DNA of 64,000 nt from an uncultured virus (IMG/VR IMGVR_UViG_3300028591_000185) (Duplodnaviria; Heunggongvirae; Uroviricota; Caudoviricetes). Below, one piece after another: positions 41,897 through 52,458 of the stretch. Position 1 is the first letter of the stretch; each line of letters begins with the position of its first letter. The notes below the pieces were generated by a model. The model did not search any database. It had not been told where the DNA came from and worked only from the letters and a program-made list of their open reading frames with translations. The stretch lies in the IMG/VR virus record IMGVR_UViG_3300028591_000185; one strand, given 5' to 3'. The translations under genes and the position numbers were made by a program.

Positions 41897-43412
41897 ATAT
41901 GTAGACACGGCAAGTATTATTCAAGTAATTGGATGCGTCTTTAAGTCACCACAACTCTTGGACCAAACAGATAAGTATATTCTTACGGATGATGATTTTC
42001 CGGACCAGTTTCACAAAATCGTGTTTGGAACTATTTTTAAGTTACACGAGCTAGGAGCACAAACGATTTCTCTTAATGGAATGGGCGATTATTTATCCTC
42101 TCGTCCAACCAGTGAAAAAATATACATTAAAGAAAAAGGTGACGAATGGGTAAGTAAAGCAGTAGAAAATGCAACCTTATCCTCATTTGATTACTATTAT
42201 AATCGTTTAAAAAAAATGACATTATTACGGGCATATGAAGCTTATGGCATAGATGTAAGTGATATATATGACCCCGATACATTAGATATTAAAAGACGAC
42301 AGCTTCAAGAAGACCAATTAGATAATACAGATTTAATTGGTTTAGCTGAAAAAATACAAAATAAATTAGACATTATCACCGCAACCTATGTAGATGGTTC
42401 TTGGGGAGAAGCATTTAAAGCTGGTGATGGTGTAATGGATTTAATTGAAGAATTAGAACAATCACCAGAAGTCGGTATTCCTTTATATGGTCCATTAATT
42501 AATACAGTTACTCGTGGTGCACGTCTTAAAAAGTTTTATTTGCGGTCTGCCCCTACTGGTGTTGGTAAAACCAGAACATTAGTCGCAGATTGTTGTACTA
42601 TTGGTTGTAATCGTATGTATGATGAAACATTTGGTTGGATTAGAAATGGTACAGCTGAACCAGTATTATATATTACAACTGAGCAAGAGTTATCAGAAAT
42701 TCAAACTATGATGTTAGCATTTTTGGCTAATGTAAATGAAGAGCATATTTTAAATGGTAAATATGAAGGAGACGAACGAGATAGAGTAATGGAGGCTGCT
42801 AGATTATTAGAAGCTTCACCCATTTATATTGAAGTTTTACCTGATTTTTCATTACAAGATGTTGAGAATAAAATTAAAAAGAATATACGCGATCATGATA
42901 TTAAATATGTAACTTTTGATTATATCCATACTAGTTTAAAGATTTTAGAAGAAATTAGTAAAAAGAGTGGTGGAGTTAAGTTGAGAGAAGATAGTATTCT
43001 ATTTATGCTTTCTATTCGGCTTAAAGACTTATGTAATAAATATGGGGTATTTATTTTATCTGCTACTCAGCTAAATGGTGATTATGTAATGTCAGAGACC
43101 CCCGACCAGAACTTATTGCGCGGCGCAAAAGCTATTGCAGATAAAATTGATGTGGGTATGATATTACTTCCAGTTACAACTGATGATATAGAAAAGTTAG
43201 GACAAATTTTAGCAAGTAATGCTTTTGATAGGCCTACTTTAAAATTGTCAATATATAAAAATCGGCGTGGTAGATATAAAAGTATTTATCTTTGGTGTAA
43301 AGCTGATTTAGGGACTTGTCGTGTGCAACCTATGTTTGCGACAACATATACCTATGAAATCATACAAATTAATAACTTAAAAATTAACACAGTGGAGCCT
43401 TCTGCATTTTGA
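41883..43412 (+). CDS. dnaB: replicative DnaB-like helicase
   Basis: SAPTGVGKT, ITTE, FDYIH, SATQLN, KNRRG. Confidence 0.88.
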   Translation: MATSKYVDTASIIQVIGCVFKSPQLLDQTDKYILTDDDFPDQFHKIVFGTIFKLHELGAQTISLNGMGDYLSSRPTSEKIYIKEKGDEWVSKAVENATLSSFDYYYNRLKKMTLLRAYEAYGIDVSDIYDPDTLDIKRRQLQEDQLDNTDLIGLAEKIQNKLDIITATYVDGSWGEAFKAGDGVMDLIEELEQSPEVGIPLYGPLINTVTRGARLKKFYLRSAPTGVGKTRTLVADCCTIGCNRMYDETFGWIRNGTAEPVLYITTEQELSEIQTMMLAFLANVNEEHILNGKYEGDERDRVMEAARLLEASPIYIEVLPDFSLQDVENKIKKNIRDHDIKYVTFDYIHTSLKILEEISKKSGGVKLREDSILFMLSIRLKDLCNKYGVFILSATQLNGDYVMSETPDQNLLRGAKAIADKIDVGMILLPVTTDDIEKLGQILASNAFDRPTLKLSIYKNRRGRYKSIYLWCKADLGTCRVQPMFATTYTYEIIQINNLKINTVEPSAF

Positions 43413-44506
43413 TTTCTTATGATAAAACAAAAATCCGTGAAGCAATTACGGTAGATATAGTATTTGATATGCTAGTTGAGTTTGGAGCAGAACCCCAATA
43501 TTCAAGTTTTGGGATTGTGAGCCAGACTATTTGTCATAATATGCCCGGCGAAGGTAGCCGCAAACTTTATTATTATGAAAATACTGGCCTATTTCAATGT
43601 TATACAGAATGTGGTTCATTTGATCCATTTCAATTAGTAATCAAAGTAGCAAACTTACAATGGGGCCGTACATATGACCTAAATGATGCTATTCGGTATA
43701 TAGCTATCAGATATGGTATTAACATTGAAGCAGAAGCGCAAAATGATTCTGATTTAAATGATTGGTTAGTATTAAATAAATATGGACGTATTCAAAGTTT
43801 AGATTTAAAAGATTATCATGTTAAACTTAAACCATTTGACCCATATATTTTAACTCGGTTTAATTATGATATAAAAATCAAACCTTGGTTAGACGAAGGT
43901 ATTGCACAAGACGCTTTAGACACAGCTCATATAGGTTATTATGCCGGAGGAGCTCAGATTACTATCCCGCACTATGATAAGGATGGAGATTTAGTTGGTA
44001 TACGCGGTCGTGCACTTGATGCAACAGAAGCAGAAATATATGGAAAATATCGACCTCTTCTAATTGGACAAACACAATATAATCATTCTCTTGGCATGAA
44101 TTTATATAATATAAATCACAGCAAACCATATATCCAAGAGGCGAAGTGTGCTATTGTATTTGAAGGTGAAAAGAGTTGTTTAAAATATCAGTCTTATTTT
44201 GGATTAGAAAATGATATATCAGTTGCTTGTTGCGGTTCAAATATATCTATGTGGCAACTTCAATTATTATTAGATGCAGGTGCTAAAGAATTAGTTATCG
44301 CATTTGATAGACAGTTTCAAAGTATTGGCGATGATGAATGGAAACATTGGGTTCAACATTTAGTTAATTTAAATAATAAATTTAAGAATTATATTAATAT
44401 AAGTATTTTGTTTGATAAAGACGAAATAACAGGATATAAAGCAGCTCCAGTAGATGAAGGAGTAGATAAATTTTTGCAATTATGGAAAAATAAAATAAGA
44501 TTGTAA
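43409..44506 (+). CDS. DNA primase
   Basis: N-terminal zinc finger ICHN...CYTEC, ITIPHYD...GIRGR, TOPRIM VFEGEKS...IAFD. Confidence 0.85.
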   Translation: MISYDKTKIREAITVDIVFDMLVEFGAEPQYSSFGIVSQTICHNMPGEGSRKLYYYENTGLFQCYTECGSFDPFQLVIKVANLQWGRTYDLNDAIRYIAIRYGINIEAEAQNDSDLNDWLVLNKYGRIQSLDLKDYHVKLKPFDPYILTRFNYDIKIKPWLDEGIAQDALDTAHIGYYAGGAQITIPHYDKDGDLVGIRGRALDATEAEIYGKYRPLLIGQTQYNHSLGMNLYNINHSKPYIQEAKCAIVFEGEKSCLKYQSYFGLENDISVACCGSNISMWQLQLLLDAGAKELVIAFDRQFQSIGDDEWKHWVQHLVNLNNKFKNYINISILFDKDEITGYKAAPVDEGVDKFLQLWKNKIRL

Positions 44507-44518
44507 TGGAGAAATAAG

Positions 44519-46282
44519 ATGGATTATAAGTTAATTGCTCCTCGTCAACCAGGAGTTGGATTGTTAGAATAGATATTATTAAATCGTGGAATTGCGCCAT
44601 AGGAGATTTCTCACTTTCTTCATGCCGATGAAAGCGATGTATATAGCCCTTTGTTACTGGACAATATGTCTGCAGCAGCTAAGTTATTAGCAACACATAT
44701 CGCGGCTAATGACCAAGCATTAATAGTTGTTGATGCCGATTGTGATGGTTATTGTTCTAGCGCGATTTTTCTAAATTATTTTCATCGTTTATTCCCAGCT
44801 TGGGTAGAAAATAATATTAAGTTCTTTATTCACGATGGAAAATAGCATGGTTTAGTGGATGTGATTGAACAAGAATTTGAAAACATCCTAACTGATGATA
44901 GATATTTAATTATTTGCCCTGATGCTGCAAGTAATGATTATGAGCAGCATAAATTATTGCGCGAACACGGTATTGATGTGCTTATATTAGACCATCACGA
45001 AGCAGAACGAGTATCAGAATATGCAGTCACTGTAAATAATCAACTATGCGACTACCCTAATAAATCTTTATGTGGTGGTGCAATCGTTTACAAGTTTTGT
45101 TGTTATTTTGCTTCAATGCTTCATCAAGAAGAACCGTTATGGCTGCGTGATTTAGTGGCATTGAGTTTGATAGGCGATATGATGTCGCAAAAAGACATTG
45201 AAACTCATTATTTAACAACTGATGGATTAAAGCGCATCAATAATCCATTTTTTACTGAAATGATGAACCGCCAAGAACATCAGTTTGAAGGAGAGATTAC
45301 TCCTATTGGAATAGCATTTTATGTAGTTCCTTTTATCAATGCTATGACTCGTTCTGGTACTATGGATGAGAAAACTCTACTTTTTATGAGTATGTTAGAA
45401 TGGCGCGCACAAGAAATGATACCTTCTACAAAGCGAGGTTTTAGAGGACAATTTGAAACTCGTGTTGAATAGGCTGGGCGAACTTGTGTAAATGTTAAAA
45501 GCCGTCAAAAGAGAGCGCAAGATACAAGTTTAGCTAATATTGAGTCTTTAATTGCCGAGAATGATTTATTGCAACATAAGATTTTATTAGTGCAAGTAAA
45601 TCCAGAAGAAGTAGATAAAAATCTAGCTGGTTTAATTGCTAATCAGCTTGCAGCAAAATATGCTCATCCAACTTTAATTTTACGTCGTTGCGAACACGAA
45701 ACTGGAATTACCTGGGAAGGCTCTGGCCGTAACCCTGGTAAGTCACGATTAGATAATTTACGTGAGTTCTTATTGTCTACTGGATTAGTAGAATATGCAC
45801 AGGGTCATGCTAGTGCATTTGGTGTAGGAATTAAAGATGAGAATATAAATAAGTTTCTTGAAGTAACAGATAAACTATTACAAGATTTTGATTTCTCTCC
45901 ATGTTATAGAGTTGATTTGGAACTTGATTATGGTGAACTTCAAGATTTAGATGTGTTTAATATCGCATCTTATAATGATATGTGGGGGCAAGAATTAGAT
46001 GAACCATTAATTGCTATTAAGCATGTGCCTATTAAAGATAGCACAGTAGCATTTCTTGGGGCTAATCAAAAAACTTTACGAATTACATTAGACGGAAAGA
46101 AAACTAATTTAATTAAATTTAATATTACCTCCGAAATGAAAGAAACTCTTAATGCAAATGGACAAGTGTTATATGCTACTATTATTGGAAAATGCAATTT
46201 GAATCATTATATGGGAAATGTAACTCCACAAATAAAAATTGAGGATATGGCGATTACATAGGCTGCAAAGTGGGATTTCTGA
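44519..46282 (+). CDS. recJ: RecJ-like ssDNA exonuclease, DHH family (5 TAG=Gln)
   Basis: DADCDG, GKQHGL, LDHHE, NNQL, PFINAMTR, GSGR, GHASAFG; three track ORFs in one frame ending in TGA. Confidence 0.9.
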
Positions 46283-46360
46283 GCCTGCTCTGGCCGCAGA
46301 CACCAGCACGTACCTTCATCCTAAATCAAAATTGCTTTGGGGATTTTTTGAGGCAAATGA

Positions 46361-46389
46361 TTGACAATAAATAAAATATATGTTATAAT
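46361..46389 (+). promoter_or_regulatory. sigmaA-type promoter
   Basis: TTGACA-17 bp-TATAAT with extended TG. Confidence 0.85.
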
Positions 46390-46417
46390 AAAATATAAAG
46401 AATATAAAAGGTAAAAT

Positions 46418-47656
46418 ATGTCAGATATTGTATTAACAACAAAACAAGAAGAAGCATTAAAAATAGCTGTAGAACGATATAAATTGGGGATGCCCTATAC
46501 CGTTATTTCTGGCTATGCCGGATCTGGAAAATCTACACTTGTTCAATTTATTATCGCCGCTTTACATATTCCAGAAGAAAAAGTAGCATATGTAGCATAT
46601 ACTGGCAAGGCGGCAAATGTATTAAAACAAAAAGGTTGCCCTAATGCTACAACTGCACATAAATTATTATATTATGCTCAAAAAACTCCTTCGGGTATGT
46701 TTGTATTTCGCCCCAAATCAACATTAGAAGTACCATATAAATTAATTGTAGTCGATGAGGTTTCAATGCTGCCAAAAGATATGTGGAAGTTATTACTTTC
46801 TCATCGTATTTATGTATTGGCTTGCGGCGACCCTGGACAACTTCCGCCAATTAACAAAGACCAAGTTAATGATGTACTAGATAATCCACATGTATTTCTT
46901 GATGAGATTATGCGGCAGGCCCAGGAAAGCGCGATTATTCGTTTGTCTATGCATATTCGTGAGGGACTTGATTTTCGTGATTTCCCCACGGTAAGTGGTG
47001 AGGTACGCATTATCCAACATGCTAAAGATTTATATAATAATGTAGAAGATTATAATAACTGTCTTTTAGGAGCTGAACAAATTATATGCAGCACCAATAA
47101 ACAGCGAGTAGCTTTAAATAATGCAGTGCGTAAGCTACAAGGACGAGGCCCTACACCGGAAATAGGAGATAGATTAATTGGATTAACTAATCATTGGGAT
47201 TTTTCTAGTGAGCAGAACACAGCATTAACCAATGGTGCGATTGGAGAACTTATAGACTTTAATATGGTTCATCAAGAATATCCTACTCGTTTACATATTG
47301 CCCCAGTAGATATTATGGTTAGTTCAATTACAATGGACGATGGCGATGAATTTTTTGATGTGCCGGTAGATTATAAACAAATTCTTACAGGCAATAAAAC
47401 ATTAAACTCTGAAGAAGAATATAGGTTAGCTAAATATCTTAAAAATTATAAAGGTATAGATTTACCCCCCTTCATGCCTTTTGACTTTACTTACGGTTAT
47501 GCAATTACCTGTTGGAAAGCGCAAGGTAGTGAATGGAATACTATTTTAGGATTTGACGCTGGATGGGTAAGAACAAAGAATAAAGAAGAATATATCAAAT
47601 ATTTATATACATTAGTCACTCGGGCGTCGCAGAAAGTAATATTAGTTGGAGATTAA
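46418..47656 (+). CDS. RecD/Dda-like SF1B helicase
   Basis: GYAGSGKST, VDEVSM, GDPGQLPPI, EIMRQ, YAITCWKAQGSEW, YTLVTRA. Confidence 0.92.
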   Translation: MSDIVLTTKQEEALKIAVERYKLGMPYTVISGYAGSGKSTLVQFIIAALHIPEEKVAYVAYTGKAANVLKQKGCPNATTAHKLLYYAQKTPSGMFVFRPKSTLEVPYKLIVVDEVSMLPKDMWKLLLSHRIYVLACGDPGQLPPINKDQVNDVLDNPHVFLDEIMRQAQESAIIRLSMHIREGLDFRDFPTVSGEVRIIQHAKDLYNNVEDYNNCLLGAEQIICSTNKQRVALNNAVRKLQGRGPTPEIGDRLIGLTNHWDFSSEQNTALTNGAIGELIDFNMVHQEYPTRLHIAPVDIMVSSITMDDGDEFFDVPVDYKQILTGNKTLNSEEEYRLAKYLKNYKGIDLPPFMPFDFTYGYAITCWKAQGSEWNTILGFDAGWVRTKNKEEYIKYLYTLVTRASQKVILVGD

Positions 47657-47659
47657 ATT

Positions 47660-47827
47660 ATGATAACAGAAAGTATAGATAATGCAATTAATAGTTTACA
47701 AGCATTAAAAAGTGACTTAATGGTCTTTGAAAATAGATTACGGCAATTAGAAAAACAATAGTCGCAAGATAACCAGTTTTTCCGAGATTTAGAGCGGCTG
47801 ATAAAAGATAGAAATAACACATATTGA
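47660..47827 (+). CDS. small coiled-coil protein (1 TAG=Gln)
   Basis: GGAG RBS; 55 aa helical ORF filling the gap. Confidence 0.55.
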
Positions 47828-47852
47828 CAATTACGAAAAAATGTGATATAAT
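47824..47852 (+). promoter_or_regulatory. sigmaA-type promoter
   Basis: TTGACA-17 bp-TATAAT with extended TG. Confidence 0.8.
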
Positions 47853-47875
47853 AAAAAGAAAAAGGAGTTTTTTGG

Positions 47876-50800
47876 ATGTTAAATACTTTCTTTGATGTCC
47901 ATGAACATACAGAATATTCTAACATTCGGTTAATTGACTGTATCAATAAACCGAAGGATTTGATAAATAGAGCGATTGAATTAGGGCTATCTGGTTGTAG
48001 TATTACTGACCATGAGGCCCTATGTGCGCATATGATTGTAAATAAATATGCGAAAGAAATTAAGGAAAAGTATCCGGATTTTACAATTGCATTAGGTAAT
48101 GAAATTTATTTAATTGATACAAGAGGACCTAAACATAAGTATTATCATTTTATCTTATTAGCTAAAGATGCCAAGGGGTATAGAGCCTTAAAAGAATTAA
48201 GCTCAATTGCATGGTATAATAGTTATACAGATAAAGGTAGATTAAGAGTTCCAACTACAAAAGATGAAGTTGCGAACATAATGAAAGATTATAAAGGGCA
48301 TTTGATAGCAACAACAGCTTGTATGGGCGGTGAATTATCAACGGCGTTATATTCTTATCGTGCAGCATTATCTACAGGCAATATAGCATTAGCACAAGAA
48401 AGTTATAACCAAGCTTGTGCGTTTGTAGATTGGTGTATTGCAACTTTTGGAAAAGAAGATTTTTATATTGAGTGTGCACCAGCAGCAAAATCTGACCAGA
48501 TTTTAGTAAATCAAACATTATTAAAGTTAGCTCAATATTATAAATTAAAGTTAGTAGTTGGTACAGATGCACATTATCTTAAAAAAGAAGATAGATATGT
48601 TCATAAAGCATATTTAAACTCAAAAGATGGTGAGCGAGAAGTAGATGAGTTTTATGAATATGCTTATCTGCAAAGTCCAGAAGATGTAAGAAAAAATCTC
48701 AATGCAGCATTTGAGAGCGATGAGATTATAGATTGGATATTTCAAAACTCATTAGAGATAAAAGACAAGATAGAATTTTATAGTTTAGAGAAGCATCAAG
48801 ACATTCCAAGAGTTGAAGTAAAAGATTATCCAAGATATTTGGATATGAAGAAATATGGAATGGAAAAAGAGTTTGATGACGCGCGCTGGCCTATTTTATT
48901 AGATTTATTTTGTAGTGAAGAACCACAAGAACGATATTGGGTAAATCAATGTTTTGAAGCACTGATTGATAAAGGTATCGGTCTTGATGAAAGATATTTA
49001 GATAGATTAGAAGAAGAGGCGCGAGTTAAACGAGTTATTGGAGAAAAGTTGCAAACTTGTATGTTTGCATATCCTAATACATTACAGCATTATATTGATT
49101 TGTTTTGGCGGTGTGGTAGTACAGTAGGCGCAGGACGAGGTTCAGCATGTTCTGGTTTGAATCATTATCTTCTTGGTATCACACAGTTAGACCCAATTCA
49201 ATGGGATTTGCCATTCTGGCGTTATCTAAATGATGAACGCGTTGAGTTAGGTGATATTGACCTTGACTTGGCGCCATCAAAACTTCCAAAGATATTTAAT
49301 GAGATTAGAAAAGAACGTGGTGAACTTGGCTTACTACAGGTTTGTACATTTGGAACAGAAAATACAAAACAAGCTATCTTAACAGCATGTCGTGGTTATA
49401 GAAGTGAAGATTGCCCCGAAGGTATTGAAGTAGGAGAAGCGCAGTATCTATCATCATTAGTTCCACAAGAACGTGGTTTCTCTTGGACAATTAGCGATAT
49501 GGTAGATGGTAATGCTGATAAAGGACGTAAACCATCTGAAACATTTATTAGTGCAGTAAATAAATATCCTGGTTTATTAGATATTATTAAAGGTATTGAC
49601 GGTATTGTTTGTCGTCGCGGTATTCACGCATCAGGTGTTATTTTATTTGATGATGGTGCTACATATGAAACTGCGGCAGTAATGCGAGCGCCGAATGGAA
49701 ATTTAACAACTCAATGGGATTTGCATGACCAAGAAGCAGCAGGAAGTGTTAAGTATGACTTCTTGTTAACGGCAGTTCAAGATATTATTATTAAGACAAT
49801 TAACTTGTTGCAACATGATAATATTCTTGACCCGAATAAAGAATTAAGAGATATATATAATGAATATCTCCATCCAAATAAATTGCCATTAGATGACCAG
49901 CGTATATGGGATGCATTAGCTGATGGTAGTGTAATTGGTTGTTTCCAGTTTGAAGGAGATGTAGGTAAACAAGCATCTAAAAAGATTAAGCCTCAAACAA
50001 TTTTGGAAATGAGCGACGCAAATGGTTTGATGCGATTAATGACAAGTGGGCCGGGAGAAGAACAGCCTCTTGATAAATATGTACGGTTTAAGAATAATAT
50101 TTCATTGTGGTATGATGAAATGTTAAAAGCAGGATTAACATATGAAGAGCAGAAAAACCTCGAACCATATTTCTTACCATCATATGGCGTTCCCCCAAGC
50201 CAAGAGCAGTTAATGCGTATGTTAATGGATAAAAAACTGTGCGGGTTCTCGCTTGGAGAAGCAAATGCGGCGCGTAAAATTGTTGGTAAAAAGCAAATGT
50301 CTAAAATTCCTGAACTTCATCAAAAGGTTTTGGACAGAGCAACAAGTCCCGCGTTGGGAAGATATATATGGAAATGTGGCGTTGGTCCGCAGATGGGTTA
50401 TAGCTTTAGTATTATCCATGCATTAGCATATTCATTTGTAGGAGCGCAAACCTTATATCTTGCAACTCATTTTAATCCTATCTATTGGGATACTGCTTAT
50501 TTGATTGTAAATAGTGGCTCATTAGATACGGAAGAAACTGATGATGAAGGCAATAAGAAGGATGAAAGCTCTAACTACACAAAGATGGCAAAAGCTATTG
50601 GGGCAATTAGAAGCGCAGGAATTAAAGTAAGTTTAGCCGATATAAATAAATCAGATTATGGATTTATGCCAGACCCAGAAAATAATGAAATTTTATTTGG
50701 GTTAAAAGGTATGTTGAATGTAGGCACTGATGTAGTGGATGCTATTATTCAAAATCGTCCATATGCCTCACCACAAGATTTCATTAATAAGGTTCATCCG

Positions 50801-51796
50801 AAAAAGAATACAATGATTTCATTAATTAAGGGTGGAGCATTTGACCATATGATGGACCGTAAGTTATGTATGGCTTGGTATTTATGGACTACTTGCGATA
50901 AAAAGAAACAATTAAATCTGCAAAATATGAATACACTGATTAATTATAAACTTCTTCCAGCTGATACAGATGAACAAATATTAGCAAGAAAAGTTTATGA
51001 GTTTAATAAGTATATTAAAGCAGTATGTAAAGCCCCAAATGGTTATTATTTAAATGATATAACAATTAATTTCTTGGAAAAGAATGGCTATATTGATATT
51101 GTATCATATGATGAAATGACAGGAAGAGTATTCTTAAATGCAAAAGTATGGGATAAAATATATCAAACTCATATGAATGTGTTTAGAACTTGGCTCAAAA
51201 ATAAACAAGAAGAAGTATTAACACAATTAAATAAGTTAATATTTAAAGATGAATGGGATAAATATGCAAAGAAAAGCTCATTATCAGCGTGGGAAATGGA
51301 AGTATTATGTTTCTATTATCACGAACATGAATTAGAAAAAGTAGATATGGAGCGATATGGATTAAAACGTTTTGCAGATTTACCAGAAGAACCAGTAGTA
51401 GAACGAACATTCTATAAAGGTGACCACGCAATAAATATGTTCCAGATTTCAAGAATTTGCGGCACTTGTATTGCGAAAAATAAATTAAAGAGTTCAGTAA
51501 CATTATTAACAACAGATGGTGTTGTAGAAGTTAAGTTTGCGAAGAATTATTTTGCATTATTTGATAAACGAATTTCTGCAACAGGCGAAGACGGTAAGAG
51601 CCATATTGTAGAACACTCTTGGTTTAACCGTGGCAGTATGATAATAGTAACAGGTATCCGATCTGGTGATACATTTATTGCAAAGAAATATGCATCAACT
51701 CCGGGACATACATTATATCATATTGATGAAGTTAATAATGAGGAAATTATAATTAGAACTACACGAGCAATAGGAGATATGGAAGACGATGATTAA
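47876..51796 (+). CDS. dnaE: DNA polymerase III alpha subunit (family C)
   Basis: PHP motifs HEHTEYS, ITDHE, TDAHY; GRGSA, DIDLD, HASGV, KYDFL, YSFSIIHALAY. Confidence 0.95.
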   Translation: MLNTFFDVHEHTEYSNIRLIDCINKPKDLINRAIELGLSGCSITDHEALCAHMIVNKYAKEIKEKYPDFTIALGNEIYLIDTRGPKHKYYHFILLAKDAKGYRALKELSSIAWYNSYTDKGRLRVPTTKDEVANIMKDYKGHLIATTACMGGELSTALYSYRAALSTGNIALAQESYNQACAFVDWCIATFGKEDFYIECAPAAKSDQILVNQTLLKLAQYYKLKLVVGTDAHYLKKEDRYVHKAYLNSKDGEREVDEFYEYAYLQSPEDVRKNLNAAFESDEIIDWIFQNSLEIKDKIEFYSLEKHQDIPRVEVKDYPRYLDMKKYGMEKEFDDARWPILLDLFCSEEPQERYWVNQCFEALIDKGIGLDERYLDRLEEEARVKRVIGEKLQTCMFAYPNTLQHYIDLFWRCGSTVGAGRGSACSGLNHYLLGITQLDPIQWDLPFWRYLNDERVELGDIDLDLAPSKLPKIFNEIRKERGELGLLQVCTFGTENTKQAILTACRGYRSEDCPEGIEVGEAQYLSSLVPQERGFSWTISDMVDGNADKGRKPSETFISAVNKYPGLLDIIKGIDGIVCRRGIHASGVILFDDGATYETAAVMRAPNGNLTTQWDLHDQEAAGSVKYDFLLTAVQDIIIKTINLLQHDNILDPNKELRDIYNEYLHPNKLPLDDQRIWDALADGSVIGCFQFEGDVGKQASKKIKPQTILEMSDANGLMRLMTSGPGEEQPLDKYVRFKNNISLWYDEMLKAGLTYEEQKNLEPYFLPSYGVPPSQEQLMRMLMDKKLCGFSLGEANAARKIVGKKQMSKIPELHQKVLDRATSPALGRYIWKCGVGPQMGYSFSIIHALAYSFVGAQTLYLATHFNPIYWDTAYLIVNSGSLDTEETDDEGNKKDESSNYTKMAKAIGAIRSAGIKVSLADINKSDYGFMPDPENNEILFGLKGMLNVGTDVVDAIIQNRPYASPQDFINKVHPKKNTMISLIKGGAFDHMMDRKLCMAWYLWTTCDKKKQLNLQNMNTLINYKLLPADTDEQILARKVYEFNKYIKAVCKAPNGYYLNDITINFLEKNGYIDIVSYDEMTGRVFLNAKVWDKIYQTHMNVFRTWLKNKQEEVLTQLNKLIFKDEWDKYAKKSSLSAWEMEVLCFYYHEHELEKVDMERYGLKRFADLPEEPVVERTFYKGDHAINMFQISRICGTCIAKNKLKSSVTLLTTDGVVEVKFAKNYFALFDKRISATGEDGKSHIVEHSWFNRGSMIIVTGIRSGDTFIAKKYASTPGHTLYHIDEVNNEEIIIRTTRAIGDMEDDD

Positions 51797-52379
51797 ATTA
51801 GTGGCTTTGATGGGAAAAGCCGGTTCTGGTAAAGACCGGCTTTTAACTGAAATTATAAATAGGGACGAATATAATCATTTTCAAAAAGTAATAAATTGTA
51901 CAACACGCCCTATTAGAGAACATGAAGTAGATGGTGTAAATTATCATTATTTAACTAATGAAGAATTTACAGAAAAAGTATTAAATGGCGATATGATTGA
52001 GGCAACTGATTTTAATCATTGGTTCTACGGCACTATGCTTTCAACATTATCAACAAATAAAATTAATATTGGAGTATTTAATCCAACAGCAGTAGAAATT
52101 TTACAAGCTGACCCACGATTAGATGTTTATGTAATTTATGTAGAGGCTCCTGATAAGTTACGACTATTACGACAACTTAATCGGGAAGAAGAACCAGATT
52201 GTCATGAAATTGTAAGACGCTTTAAAGCTGATGAAGAAGATTTTAATGATACCCGTATATTAAATGGCATCCAACCAGCTTTTGGTATTTATAATGATGA
52301 AATGGTAGAATTATCAATTTTGGTGCCAGTGGTGATGCAAACTATCTACAAGCATATGAATGACCAAGGGCAAAAGTGA
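51789..52379 (+). CDS. gmk: guanylate kinase-like protein
   Basis: GKAGSGKD, TTRPIREHEVDGVNYHY, WFYGT. Confidence 0.9.
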   Translation: MIKLVALMGKAGSGKDRLLTEIINRDEYNHFQKVINCTTRPIREHEVDGVNYHYLTNEEFTEKVLNGDMIEATDFNHWFYGTMLSTLSTNKINIGVFNPTAVEILQADPRLDVYVIYVEAPDKLRLLRQLNREEEPDCHEIVRRFKADEEDFNDTRILNGIQPAFGIYNDEMVELSILVPVVMQTIYKHMNDQGQK

Positions 52380-52412
52380 TTAATTCATTTAATAGAAATA
52401 CCAAATATATTG
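52368..52412 (+). promoter_or_regulatory. putative phage late/middle promoter motif, copy 4
   Basis: GGGC-N8-TTAA-N18-CAAATATATTG upstream of nrdD. Confidence 0.6.
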
Positions 52413-52458
52413 ATACGAAAAAATTATGAAATACAAGATTTTGTATGGAGGTTAAAGA

